Shown here piece after piece: positions 52,814 through 62,038 of a DNA stretch of 64,000 bases; within the stretch, counting starts at the first letter, position 1; each line of letters opens with the position of its first letter. Source of the stretch: an uncultured Acidobacteriota bacterium (lineage in GTDB: Bacteria > Acidobacteriota > Polarisedimenticolia > J045); the NCBI GenBank assembly GCA_963702425.1, contig CAVPCQ010000006.1:32001-96000 (forward strand), read 5' to 3'. The position numbers and the translations under genes are program-made. Below the pieces are notes generated by a model. That model searched no databases and was not told the DNA's origin. It was given only the letters and a program-made list of their open reading frames with translations.

Positions 52814-53428
52814 TCAGTCCGCCGCGCGCAACGGAGGGAGGGGGAGTGCGGCCTCGCTGAACAGTCTCCGGACCTCTTCGAGGGGCAGACCGACGACGTT
52901 CGTCACCGAGCCGCGCACCTCCGCGACGAACCAGGCCGCGGTTCCCTGCAGTGCGTAGCCCCCGGCCTTGTCGTACGGCTCGGTGCCTGCCACGTAGCGC
53001 GCGATCTCCTCCGCGTCCAGCGTCGCGAAGCGGACCTCGGTGCGGGCCAGCGCCTCGAGCACCGGCCCGGAGGGCAGGGCCAGCGCGACGCCGGTCACGA
53101 CGTCATGCCACCGCCCGGAAAGGCGACGGAGCATCGAACCCGCGTCCTCGATGTCGCGCGGCTTGCCCAGCGCCACGCCGCCGACCACGACGATCGTGTC
53201 CGCGGCGAGGACCGGGCGACCGCCTGCCGCGGGGCGAGCCGCGAGTGCCTTGGCGCGCGCCAGCCGCAAAGCGGTCGCAGACGCCTGCTCGCCGGGAAAG
53301 GGACGCTCGTCGACGTCCACGGCCAGGACCTCGACCGCGAGCCCGAGGCCGGCCAGGAGCGTTCGGCGGCGTGGCGACGCCGACGCCAGCACGAGCGCCT
53401 GCGGCGAGCCGGGGGTGCAGGGTGGCAC
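52814..53428 (-). CDS. maf: Maf family nucleoside triphosphate pyrophosphatase
   Basis: LASASPRRR, ADTIV, GKP, DKAGGY, VVGLP. Confidence 0.93.
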   Translation of the reverse strand: MPPCTPGSPQALVLASASPRRRTLLAGLGLAVEVLAVDVDERPFPGEQASATALRLARAKALAARPAAGGRPVLAADTIVVVGGVALGKPRDIEDAGSMLRRLSGRWHDVVTGVALALPSGPVLEALARTEVRFATLDAEEIARYVAGTEPYDKAGGYALQGTAAWFVAEVRGSVTNVVGLPLEEVRRLFSEAALPLPPLRAAD

Positions 53429-53485
53429 GGAGCTCCTCTTCGTCGCTTTGCGAATCGCGGGCCGACTTCCTATTCTCTTCGGGTG

Positions 53486-54859
53486 ATGGGCCGATCGGCA
53501 ATCCGTTGGGCAAGGCCGGCGAAGCTCGCGGGACTCACCGCCGCAGTCGCGCTGGGCTGGTCCGCCCTTGCCGCGCGCGGGGCCCCGGCGGCGGCTCCGG
53601 CGGTGATCCTGAACGTCACCGGGGCGGTCCACGGCTACCTCGACGTCTGCGGCTGTGAGACCTTCCCCCTCGGGAGCCTCTCGCGGCGCGCAGCTCACAT
53701 GAGCTCTGACCAGCGACGCTGGCCGGCGGCGAGTTCGTTCGCGGTGGACGCCGGGGATTTCTCGGATCTCCCGGGACCCTCCGGCGAGGTCAAGACGCGC
53801 GCCCTGGTGGAGGCGATGAACCAGCTCGGTTACCGCGCGGCGGGCATCGGCCAGCGCGACCTGGCGCTCGGGCCCGCAGCACTGCTCGAGCTTGGGAGGC
53901 TGGCCCGCTTTCCATTCCTGTCCGCCAACCTGGTGCGGGTCGGGCAGGGGACCAGCTGGCTTCCGGCGAGCCAGGTGGTGGAGGCTGGCGGGCTGAAGAT
54001 CGGGATCGTGGCGGCGATGAATCACGACCCGATCGCGAGCTGGGCGCTTCCGGACGGCTCCAAACTCGTCACGATCGATCCGGTCCCCGCGGTCGAGCGC
54101 GCGATGAAGGGCCTTCGGGGCAAGGCCGACGTCGTCGTCCTGCTCGCCACCATGCCGTTCGAGGACGCCCGCTTCCTGGCCCGACGGGTACCGGGAATCG
54201 ATCTGGTGTTCGGCAGCTTCGGAGAGCGGGTCACGCTCACGCCGGAAGTCGAGGGCGCCACCCGAATCCTGTACCTCGAGGACGAAGGGAAGTTCCTCGG
54301 CCAGGCGACGATTTTCCGGCCGGGCGAGCCGGGCGGCCGCCCGACGGTCGAGGTTTCGCGGCACCAGCTGGGCGCCGACGTCGGCTCGGATCCCCGCTGG
54401 GAAGCCTTCACGGTCGAGGCCATGGCGCGGGCGCAGCAAGCGGACGACGACGCGCGGCGCCTGGCCGATCCGGTGGCGGAAGCACGCTACGCGGGAGCGG
54501 GAGCCTGCGCGGGGTGTCACCTCTCGATCGTCGAACAGTGGTCGAAGACCGCGCATGCCGAGGCCTGGCGAACTCTCGTCCGCGCCGGCAAGAAGGCGCA
54601 GGCCAGCTGCATCCCGTGCCACGTCACGGGCCATGGCCAGGCGGGGGGCTTCGTCGACGAACGGACGACGCCTCACCTGTCCGGCGTGGGGTGCGAGGCC
54701 TGTCATGGTCCCGCGGCGCAGCACCTCGCCGATTCGGCCCGCCCTTACGGTCGGACCGGCCTGGCATCGTGCACGTCGTGCCACACCTCCGAACAGGACC
54801 CGACCTTCAACTATTACCAGGATCGACAGCGCGTGATGCACGGCTCCGGTTCGCCCTGA
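53486..54859 (+). CDS. Exported 5'-nucleotidase-like domain fused to a tetraheme cytochrome c domain
   Basis: Signal peptide; HGYLDVCGC, VDAGD, FPFLSANL; heme motifs CAGCH, CIPCH, CEACH, CTSCH. Confidence 0.85.
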   Translation: MGRSAIRWARPAKLAGLTAAVALGWSALAARGAPAAAPAVILNVTGAVHGYLDVCGCETFPLGSLSRRAAHMSSDQRRWPAASSFAVDAGDFSDLPGPSGEVKTRALVEAMNQLGYRAAGIGQRDLALGPAALLELGRLARFPFLSANLVRVGQGTSWLPASQVVEAGGLKIGIVAAMNHDPIASWALPDGSKLVTIDPVPAVERAMKGLRGKADVVVLLATMPFEDARFLARRVPGIDLVFGSFGERVTLTPEVEGATRILYLEDEGKFLGQATIFRPGEPGGRPTVEVSRHQLGADVGSDPRWEAFTVEAMARAQQADDDARRLADPVAEARYAGAGACAGCHLSIVEQWSKTAHAEAWRTLVRAGKKAQASCIPCHVTGHGQAGGFVDERTTPHLSGVGCEACHGPAAQHLADSARPYGRTGLASCTSCHTSEQDPTFNYYQDRQRVMHGSGSP

Positions 54860-54864
54860 GCCCG

Positions 54865-54895
54865 AACAAAAAGAACCCGCCGGCGAACCGGCGGG
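54865..54895 (-). terminator. Intrinsic terminator of the mini-sigma transcript
   Basis: CCCGCCGG-TTCG-CCGGCGGG followed by TTCTTTTTGTT on the minus strand. Confidence 0.8.
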
Positions 54896-54986
54896 CGGGG
54901 TGCCATGGGAGGAGGTCGGTCAGTGGGGGGAGGGGGAGTTGCTCCTCCCTCGGGGCCGGCGAACCGGCCCCAAGCACCACACTTCG

Positions 54987-55346
54987 TCAGGACGGAGAGA
55001 ACTGGAGCTGCGAGCGCAGGGAGCCGAGACGCTCGCGGAGCTTCATCTTGGCTTCCTTCTCGAGCTGGCGGACGCGCTCGCGGGAGAGTCCGAGGATCTT
55101 GCCGATCTCCTCGAGGGTCATCTCGTCGTTGCCCATCACGCCGAAGCGCTTCAGGAGGATCAACCGCTCCCGCTCCGGCAGCTCTTCGAGCGCCCGACGG
55201 GTCAGTTGGACCAGCTCCTTCTTGTACACGTCGTCTTCGGGACGCACCGAACCGGGGTCTTCCATGAGCTGGGAGAGCCGGGTCTCACCCTCGTGATCAA
55301 CGAAATCGTCGAGGGACTTTTCCTTCATGAGCCAGGGAATCCACAT
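54987..55346 (-). CDS. Stand-alone sigma70 region 3.2 + region 4 protein (119 aa)
   Basis: SLDDFVDHEGETRLSQLMED (sigma finger), LPERERLIL..RFG, MTLEEIG..LGLSRERVRQLEKEA; GAGGAA RBS. Confidence 0.85.
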   Translation of the reverse strand: MWIPWLMKEKSLDDFVDHEGETRLSQLMEDPGSVRPEDDVYKKELVQLTRRALEELPERERLILLKRFGVMGNDEMTLEEIGKILGLSRERVRQLEKEAKMKLRERLGSLRSQLQFSPS

Positions 55347-55375
55347 GGTCGGTTCCTCGCTTGGACCCACGAATA

Positions 55376-55391
55376 AGCAAGGGTCGTGCCA
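55376..55391 (-). promoter_or_regulatory. sigma54 (-24/-12) promoter
   Basis: TGGCAC-GACCC-TTGCT, exact match to TGGCAC-N5-TTGCW, 30 nt upstream of ATG. Confidence 0.8.
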
Positions 55392-55532
55392 CCTGTAAAC
55401 GTCTGAAAAGGGGCAGTTTTTCGCTTCCGTGCTACGTCAGTTTGGCGCAGGCCGCCTGACTGGCGCAGGAGTTGGGTCAATCCCGCCCCCGTTTCTTGGC
55501 CCGTCCGCCGCTCGGCTGTACCCTGTCGCGCG

Positions 55533-57275
55533 ATGGGTCGCGTCCGAGTCCTTCCCCCCGACATCGCCGACCGAATCGCCGCAGGCGAGGTGGTCGAACG
55601 TCCGGCGTCCGTTCTGCGGGAGCTGCTCGACAATGCCCTCGATGCGGGGGCCCGCCGGGTGGAGATCGAGCTGGCCGGCGGGGGGCGCGACCTGGTATCG
55701 GTCGCGGACGACGGCTGCGGGCTCGACCCCGACGATGCCCTGTTGGCTTTCGAACGCCACGCCACGAGCAAGATCCGCACCGGGGACGATCTCGAAAAGG
55801 TACTTACGCTCGGGTTTCGCGGCGAGGCTCTCGCCGCGATCGCTGCGGTGTCCCGGGTCGAGCTCCTGACCTGCCCGGCCTCCGGCGGGGAGGGGACCCG
55901 GGTTCGGATCGATCGGGGACGGCTGTTGGGGGTGGAAAGGGCGAGCCGCGCGCCGGGCACGACAGTGCAGGTCTGGGAGTTGTTCCTCGGGATCCCGGCG
56001 CGGCGGAAGTTCCTGAAGTCGCCCGAGACCGAGCTCGATCACTGCCTGCGGGTCGTCACGCGGGCGGCGCTCGCGCGCTCGGAGGTTGGTTTCTGGGTCC
56101 GGCAAGGGGGGCGCACCCTGATCGGTTCACCCGCGGCGGGAGAGGCGGCAGGCCGGGTCGCGGACCTGCTCGGATCGAGGCTGGCGGCAGGGCTCGTGCC
56201 GATCGTGGGGGACGGCGGCCGGGTCGCGGTCAGCGGGTGGGCGGCCCGCTCGGACCTCCATCGGCCGACTCGCGACGACATCCATCTCTTCGTGAACCGC
56301 CGGCCGGTGCGCGATCCGCTGCTGGTTCGCGCCGTGCTCGACGCCTACCGTCCGGGCCTTCCGGGCGGGCGCTACCCGGTCTCGGTGCTCTTCATCGACC
56401 TCGCGCCCGAGGACGTCGACGTGAACGTCCACCCGGCAAAGGCCGAGGTTCGGTTCGCGCGACCGCAGGAGGTCCGGGCGCTGCTCGTCGGGGCGATCGG
56501 TCGGGCCCTACGGGGTCGCGCCGCGCTGCCGGTCTTCTCCGCTGTTACCGGTGGGTCGCCTGAGGGAACCCCGCCGTCCGGCATGGCCGCCGCTGCGCCG
56601 GCGTCGATCGAGGCCGTGATCCGGGATGGCGCGGCGTCGAGCTGGGTCACCGACGCGGGCTCGCCGACCCCGGCGCGCCTCGCCTTCGAGGGGACGGACG
56701 CCCCCGCCGCGCGGCCACTCGCCCAGTACGCGAACTGCTACATCGTTGCCAGCGACGAACGCGGGCTGATCGTGGTCGATCAGCACGTGGCGCACGAGCG
56801 GTTGATCTACGAGCGGCTGATCCAGGAGGCCGAGAGCGGTCCGATGGCGCGACAGCTGTTGCTCTTCCCGCAGACGATCGAACTCCCACCCGGCGGGGTC
56901 GAGTCGCTCGAGCGGGAACGCGCGCTCTTCGAGCGCCTCGGGTTCCGCTATGAAGCGTTCGGCGGCAACACGGTGATCGTGCGCGAGGTGCCCGCGGTCC
57001 TCGGGCGGGAAGCCCGGCCCGCGACTCTGGCCGACCTGGTGGCCCGCACGACCGAGGGGGACCGGGCGGGGGCGGAGGCGATGTTCCCGCGCCTGCTGGC
57101 CACCGTCGCGTGCCACAGCGCCGTGCGCAAGGGGATGCCCCTCTCGATCGATCAGATGGGCTACATCCTGCGCGGCCTGGCGGCGTGCGAGATTCCGGGC
57201 CACTGCCCCCACGGCCGCGTGATCTCGCTCCGCGTCGATCTCGCGGCGCTGGACCGCGGTTTCGACCGGGCCTGA
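55533..57275 (+). CDS. mutL: DNA mismatch repair protein MutL
   Basis: IAAGEVVERP, HATSK, GFRGEAL, DVNVHPAK, DQHVAHER, ACH, CPHGR. Confidence 0.97.
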   Translation: MGRVRVLPPDIADRIAAGEVVERPASVLRELLDNALDAGARRVEIELAGGGRDLVSVADDGCGLDPDDALLAFERHATSKIRTGDDLEKVLTLGFRGEALAAIAAVSRVELLTCPASGGEGTRVRIDRGRLLGVERASRAPGTTVQVWELFLGIPARRKFLKSPETELDHCLRVVTRAALARSEVGFWVRQGGRTLIGSPAAGEAAGRVADLLGSRLAAGLVPIVGDGGRVAVSGWAARSDLHRPTRDDIHLFVNRRPVRDPLLVRAVLDAYRPGLPGGRYPVSVLFIDLAPEDVDVNVHPAKAEVRFARPQEVRALLVGAIGRALRGRAALPVFSAVTGGSPEGTPPSGMAAAAPASIEAVIRDGAASSWVTDAGSPTPARLAFEGTDAPAARPLAQYANCYIVASDERGLIVVDQHVAHERLIYERLIQEAESGPMARQLLLFPQTIELPPGGVESLERERALFERLGFRYEAFGGNTVIVREVPAVLGREARPATLADLVARTTEGDRAGAEAMFPRLLATVACHSAVRKGMPLSIDQMGYILRGLAACEIPGHCPHGRVISLRVDLAALDRGFDRA

Positions 57276-57352
57276 CGGAACCGGCCCCGGCTGGTACCTT
57301 CTTCCCTGGGCCTGCCGTCGGGGCGGATCGGGCCCGGAGACCGATCCTGACC

Positions 57353-58036
57353 GTGCGCCGTTTCGCTTTGACGCCGCTCGTCGCGCTCGCTGCCGCCGTC
57401 GCGGTGGGGGGGGCTCTGCCCGCGCGTGCCGAGCGGTTGGTCTTCTCCGACCTGCGGACGCTGGAGATCGAGGAGTTCTCGCTCGACGGAGAGGAGCTCG
57501 TCGCGGTTCTTCCCGGCGGCACGCAGCTTCGGATCGCGATCGAGGCGGTACGCGAGATCCGGCCCTCCCTCCCGAGCCTCCCGCTCGACGCCGGTCCCAA
57601 GCGGGCCAACAGCGGGAGCTGGCGCAAGGAAGCCGGGGACTACGCGCGCCACGTTCGGCGCGCGGCCCGGCGCTGGCGGATCGACCCCGAACTGATCGTC
57701 GCCGTCGCGCAGACCGAGTCGCGGCTCAATGCGACGGCGGTCAGCCCCAAAGGGGCGTTGGGCGTGATGCAGCTCATGCCATCGACCGCGCGGCTGATGG
57801 CGGTTCACGATCCCTTCGATCCGCGCCAGAACATCGACGGCGGCGCACGCTGGCTGAGGATGATGCTCGACCGGTTCAAGGGGGACGTGGACCTCGCGCT
57901 GGCGGCCTACAACGCGGGACCCGAGACGGTGAAGCGCTACGGAGGGATCCCTCCCTACGCCGAAACCCGGCGCTACGTCCGGCAGGTCCGGGAGAAGATG
58001 GGCCGGATGAGGCCGGTCGCCCCGAGCGGGGCCTAG
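57353..58036 (+). CDS. Lytic transglycosylase (SLT domain), exported
   Basis: ES..AVSPKGALGVMQLMP, AAYNAG, GIPPYAET..YV. Confidence 0.92.
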   Translation: MRRFALTPLVALAAAVAVGGALPARAERLVFSDLRTLEIEEFSLDGEELVAVLPGGTQLRIAIEAVREIRPSLPSLPLDAGPKRANSGSWRKEAGDYARHVRRAARRWRIDPELIVAVAQTESRLNATAVSPKGALGVMQLMPSTARLMAVHDPFDPRQNIDGGARWLRMMLDRFKGDVDLALAAYNAGPETVKRYGGIPPYAETRRYVRQVREKMGRMRPVAPSGA

Positions 58037-58048
58037 GCCGGGCGCGGC

Positions 58049-58077
58049 TGGACACCCTTCCGGCCGCTTGCTATCAT
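58049..58077 (+). promoter_or_regulatory. sigma70 promoter of yceD-rpmF-plsX-fab operon
   Basis: TGGACA-17 nt-TATCAT with TGn extension. Confidence 0.55.
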
Positions 58078-58100
58078 CCGCGCCGCCTCGAGGGGGCACG

Positions 58101-58670
58101 ATGCTCTTCGACATCAGCGATTTGGCCCCCGGCGGGGTCGCTATCGAGGCGGCCATCCCGATTCCCCCGTTTTCCTGGGAGGGTGGCCAGGTGGTGGCGT
58201 GCGAGCCTGCACGCCTGAGGGGCAGCATTCGCCCGACCGGGCGCCGCGTGGAGCTGCGCGGTCGGTACGGCACGAAGGTTCGCCTCGTGTGCGACCGATG
58301 CTTGACTGGGTTCGACCTGCCCCTGGAGGGCGAGTTCCGCCTCTTCCTCGTGCCGGCGGCCGGCGCGCGGGAGGCGGACGAGTTTGAACGGCGCGCGGAG
58401 GAGGATCCCGACGCGGTCGATCTGTACCCCCTCGAGGGACAGGTCGTCGACCTCGTCGAGGTTCTCCGCGAACAGGTGGATCTCGCGCTGCCGTATCGCG
58501 CGATCTGCCGCGAGGATTGCCCCGGGCTCTGTCCCGGGTGCGGAGCCGACCTGAAGAGCGAGACATGCCGCTGCTCGGCAACATCCGGTGACGAGCGCTG
58601 GACCGAGTTGGCCCGGCTGAAAGCCGCGCTGGAGCAGCGGGGGGGCGACACGCCCACCGAAGGGAGATGA
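58101..58670 (+). CDS. DUF177/YceD family protein
   Basis: [22 protein letters not shown]; upstream of rpmF. Confidence 0.92.
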   Translation: MLFDISDLAPGGVAIEAAIPIPPFSWEGGQVVACEPARLRGSIRPTGRRVELRGRYGTKVRLVCDRCLTGFDLPLEGEFRLFLVPAAGAREADEFERRAEEDPDAVDLYPLEGQVVDLVEVLREQVDLALPYRAICREDCPGLCPGCGADLKSETCRCSATSGDERWTELARLKAALEQRGGDTPTEGR

Positions 58671-58674
58671 ACGC

Positions 58675-58860
58675 ATGCCGAATCCAAAACGGCGGCATTC
58701 CAAGGCTCGCCGCGACAAGCGGCGCGCCCACGACGCCCTGGCGATCCCGGGGATGTCGCGCTGCCCGAACTGCCAGGAACTGAAGCTTCCGCACCGCGTC
58801 TGCCCGTCCTGCGGCCACTACAAGGGTCGCGAGATCCTCGAGACGAACCAGGAGGTCTGA
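58675..58860 (+). CDS. rpmF: 50S ribosomal protein L32 (Zn-binding form)
   Basis: [27 protein letters not shown]. Confidence 0.97.
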   Translation: MPNPKRRHSKARRDKRRAHDALAIPGMSRCPNCQELKLPHRVCPSCGHYKGREILETNQEV

Positions 58861-58925
58861 CCCCTTCCCGCTGGACGCGCGGCCCTCCTGAGGAGGGCCT
58901 TCCGCGACGCGCCCCAGCGGGTTGC

Positions 58926-60005
58926 GTGCGCGGCACGGGGGCGCCCGAGTTGACCCAGCTGAAAGCACTCGCACTGGACGCGATGGGGGGCGACTTCGGT
59001 CCGAACGAAGTCGTGCAGGGTGGGGTGGACTATGCCCGCGCCACGGGGGAGACGGTTTTCCTGGTCGGCCGCCGCGAGCCGATCGAAACCGCGCTCCGGG
59101 CCTGCGGCGGCGAGGATGCGCCGGTCAAGGTCGTTCCGGCCGCCGACGTCATCGAGTTCTCCGACAAGATCAAGATGATCCGGGCCAAGCGCGACTCGTC
59201 GATCCACGTCGGCGCGCGGCTCGTGCGCGACGGTCTGGCCCAAGGGTTCGTCTCGGCCGGTCACACCGGCGCGGTGATGTTCGTGTCGAAGGTCGTGTTC
59301 GGCGTCCTCGAAGGGGTGGATCGTCCGGCCCTTCCCGCGCCGCTGCCGCGGATCGGGCCCGGCTATACGGTGCTGGTCGACGCCGGGGCCAACGTCGACT
59401 GCACCACGGAGCAGCTGCGGCAGTTCGCGGTGATGGGGACGCACTACGCGCGCCGGATCTTCGGCGTCGAGAATCCGCGCGTCGCGCTGTTGTCGATTGG
59501 CGAGGAGGACAGCAAGGGGAACGAGATGCTGCGCGCGGTCGCTCCGGTCCTGCGCGAGGCCAACGTGAACTTCGTCGGGAACATCGAGGGCAACGACCTG
59601 TTGACCGACAAGGCCGACGTCGTCGTCTGCGACGGGTTCGTCGGCAACGTCGCGCTGAAGGTGGGCGAGGGGATCGCGGAGTCGATCATGCACATCATCC
59701 GCGACGAATCGGCCAAGCACCTGACGCGCCGGATCGGGGCGGCGCTGATGCTGCCGGCGTTCAAGTCGCTGAAGAAGAAGATCGACTACGCGGAGACCGG
59801 CGGCGTCCCGCTGCTCGGATTGAAGGAAGTGAGCGTCGTGTCGCACGGGCGCTCCCGGGCCAAGGCGATCAGGAACGCCCTGCGCGTGGCCCGCGAGGCG
59901 GTCGCCGGGAATATGGTGGCCCACATGGAAGACGAACTGCGGCTGCTGCACCAGGCCGAGTGCCGGCTGGGCGGCGTGATGGAGCGAGGGGAGGAGGGAT
60001 CATGA
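58926..60005 (+). CDS. plsX: Phosphate acyltransferase PlsX
   Basis: DAMGGDFGP, SAGHTG, DAGAN, GNIEG, DGFVGNVALK, HG. Confidence 0.96.
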   Translation: MRGTGAPELTQLKALALDAMGGDFGPNEVVQGGVDYARATGETVFLVGRREPIETALRACGGEDAPVKVVPAADVIEFSDKIKMIRAKRDSSIHVGARLVRDGLAQGFVSAGHTGAVMFVSKVVFGVLEGVDRPALPAPLPRIGPGYTVLVDAGANVDCTTEQLRQFAVMGTHYARRIFGVENPRVALLSIGEEDSKGNEMLRAVAPVLREANVNFVGNIEGNDLLTDKADVVVCDGFVGNVALKVGEGIAESIMHIIRDESAKHLTRRIGAALMLPAFKSLKKKIDYAETGGVPLLGLKEVSVVSHGRSRAKAIRNALRVAREAVAGNMVAHMEDELRLLHQAECRLGGVMERGEEGS

Positions 60006-60970
60006 GCCGCGATGACACGCGCTGGGTGGCGCTGTTCCCTGGTCAGGGAAGCCAGGCCGTCGGGATGGGCCGCGAGCTGGCGCAGGCCTATCCCGAGGCG
60101 GCCGAGGTCTTCGCCATCGCCGACGACGTGCTGGGCGAGAACCTCAGCCGGCTCTGTTTCGAGGGGCCGGAAGAGGCGCTCACGCTGACGCGCAACACAC
60201 AGCCTGCGCTGCTGACCGTGGCGGTCGCGGCGTGGCGGGTCTTGAAGGAGCGCGTTCCGCCCCCGGTCGCTGCGGCGGGACACAGCCTGGGGGAGTATTC
60301 CGCGCTCGTCGCCGCCGGAGTGATCGGCTTTTCCGACGCGCTGCGGGCGGTCCGGCTCCGCGGCAACGCGATGCAGGAGGCCGTTCCGTTCGGCGAAGGC
60401 GCGATGGCGGCGATCATTGGCCTCGAGCCCGCCGCGGTGGAAAAGCTCTGTGCCGAGTCGCGAACCTCGGGGGAAGTCCTGGTTCCGGCGAACTTCAACG
60501 CATCCGACCAGACCGTCGTTTCGGGGCACAAGATCGCAGTCGACAGGCTGGTCGGACTGGCGCCCAAGGCGGGAGCGCGCAAAGCCGTGCTGCTGCCGGT
60601 CAGCGCCCCGTTCCATTCACCGCTGATGGAGCCGGCGGCGGAGCGGATGGAGGAGTTCCTGGAGGGGGTCCGCTTCCGCGAGCCGGCCTTCCCGGTCGTG
60701 GCGAACGTCGACGCGTCACCGGTTCGGGACGGCGAATCCGCGCGGCGGACGCTCATTGCGCAGGTCGTGTCTCCGGTGCGCTGGGTCGAGACGATGAAGC
60801 TGCTCGAGGACGAGTTCCGGGCCGTCTCGGGAGTCGAGTTCGGTGCGGGTCGGGTGCTCGCGGGGCTGTCGCGCCGGATCAACGAGAAGCTGCGGATCGT
60901 GCCGTTCGGCGCACCCGACGAGTTGGACGCGGCGGTCGCGGCGGTGACCGCTGCCGCCGCGCCGCGGTGA
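60002..60970 (+). CDS. fabD: Malonyl CoA-ACP transacylase
   Basis: FPGQGSQ, TQPAL, GHSLGE, VSAPFH. Confidence 0.97.
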   Translation: MSRDDTRWVALFPGQGSQAVGMGRELAQAYPEAAEVFAIADDVLGENLSRLCFEGPEEALTLTRNTQPALLTVAVAAWRVLKERVPPPVAAAGHSLGEYSALVAAGVIGFSDALRAVRLRGNAMQEAVPFGEGAMAAIIGLEPAAVEKLCAESRTSGEVLVPANFNASDQTVVSGHKIAVDRLVGLAPKAGARKAVLLPVSAPFHSPLMEPAAERMEEFLEGVRFREPAFPVVANVDASPVRDGESARRTLIAQVVSPVRWVETMKLLEDEFRAVSGVEFGAGRVLAGLSRRINEKLRIVPFGAPDELDAAVAAVTAAAAPR

Positions 60971-60974
60971 CGCC

Positions 60975-61742
60975 GTGACCGCGATGCCGTGGCCGGGGAT
61001 GGCGGGCCGCCGAATTCTGGTGACCGGGGGGTCGCGCGGGATCGGCCGGGCGATTGTCGAAGAACTCGCCGGGGCGGGGGCGGAGGTTTTCCTGACCGCC
61101 CGGTCCCTCGAGTCAGCGGAGCAGGCCGCGGGCGAGATCCGGGCCGCCGGAGGCCAGGCTCGCGGGGTCGCACTCGACCTCTCGGACCCGGCGGCGACCC
61201 AGGCTGCGCTGGACGCTCTGGTCCGCGAGACCAGGGAGACCGGCGGGATGCACGGGGTCGTGCTCAATGCGGGGATGACGCGGGACACGCTCCTGATGCG
61301 CATGTCGCTCGCCGACTGGGACGCCGTGATCCAGGCGAATCTGACCGGGGCGTTCCTGGTGACAAAGGCCTGGGTCCCCGGTATGATCCGCAACCGTTTC
61401 GGCCGCATCGTCGCTGTCAGCAGCGTGGTGGGGCGGATGGGGAACGCAGGGCAGGTCAACTACGCGGCGTCCAAGGCGGGGTTGATCGGCTTGGTGCGTG
61501 CGCTGGCCCGCGAGCTGGCGTCGCGCAACGTGACGGTGAACGCCGTCGCGCCCGGTTTCATCGATACGGACATGACGCGTGCCGTGCCGGAGGAGGCGCG
61601 GAGGAAACTGCTCGATACCGTTCCCCTCGGCCGGCTCGGAACGCCGGGCGATGTGGCAACCGGGGTCGCGTTCCTGCTCTCGGACGCGGCCTCGTACATC
61701 ACGGGTGCCGTGCTCGATATCAACGGCGGCATGGACATGTAA
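60975..61742 (+). CDS. fabG: 3-oxoacyl-ACP reductase
   Basis: [28 protein letters not shown]. Confidence 0.96.
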   Translation: MTAMPWPGMAGRRILVTGGSRGIGRAIVEELAGAGAEVFLTARSLESAEQAAGEIRAAGGQARGVALDLSDPAATQAALDALVRETRETGGMHGVVLNAGMTRDTLLMRMSLADWDAVIQANLTGAFLVTKAWVPGMIRNRFGRIVAVSSVVGRMGNAGQVNYAASKAGLIGLVRALARELASRNVTVNAVAPGFIDTDMTRAVPEEARRKLLDTVPLGRLGTPGDVATGVAFLLSDAASYITGAVLDINGGMDM

Positions 61743-61774
61743 CGCAGGACCCAGGAAAGGGAGGATCCGACCCG

Positions 61775-62026
61775 ATGGCTTCGAAGGATGAAATTCGCGC
61801 GAAGGTGGTAGATCTGATCGCGAAGAGCTTCAAGCTCGATCCCGAGACGATCACCGACGAGAAGTCGTTCACCGACGACCTCGGCGCAGACTCGCTCGAG
61901 ACGGTCGAGCTGGTCATGGCGCTGGAGGAGGAATTCGGGATCGAGATCTCGGACGAGGATGCCGAGAAGATCCGCACGGTCGGGAACGCGGTGGAGTTCA
62001 TCGCCCAGCACGCCGGACAGGCCTGA
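61775..62026 (+). CDS. acpP: Acyl carrier protein
   Basis: [19 protein letters not shown]; GGGAGG RBS. Confidence 0.97.
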   Translation: MASKDEIRAKVVDLIAKSFKLDPETITDEKSFTDDLGADSLETVELVMALEEEFGIEISDEDAEKIRTVGNAVEFIAQHAGQA

Positions 62027-62038
62027 GCGGAGCCGTTC

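Noticed and set aside
53640-53660. Selenocysteine codon in the CGC motif
   Set aside because: Codons are TGC-GGC-TGT; the TGA seen there is out of frame
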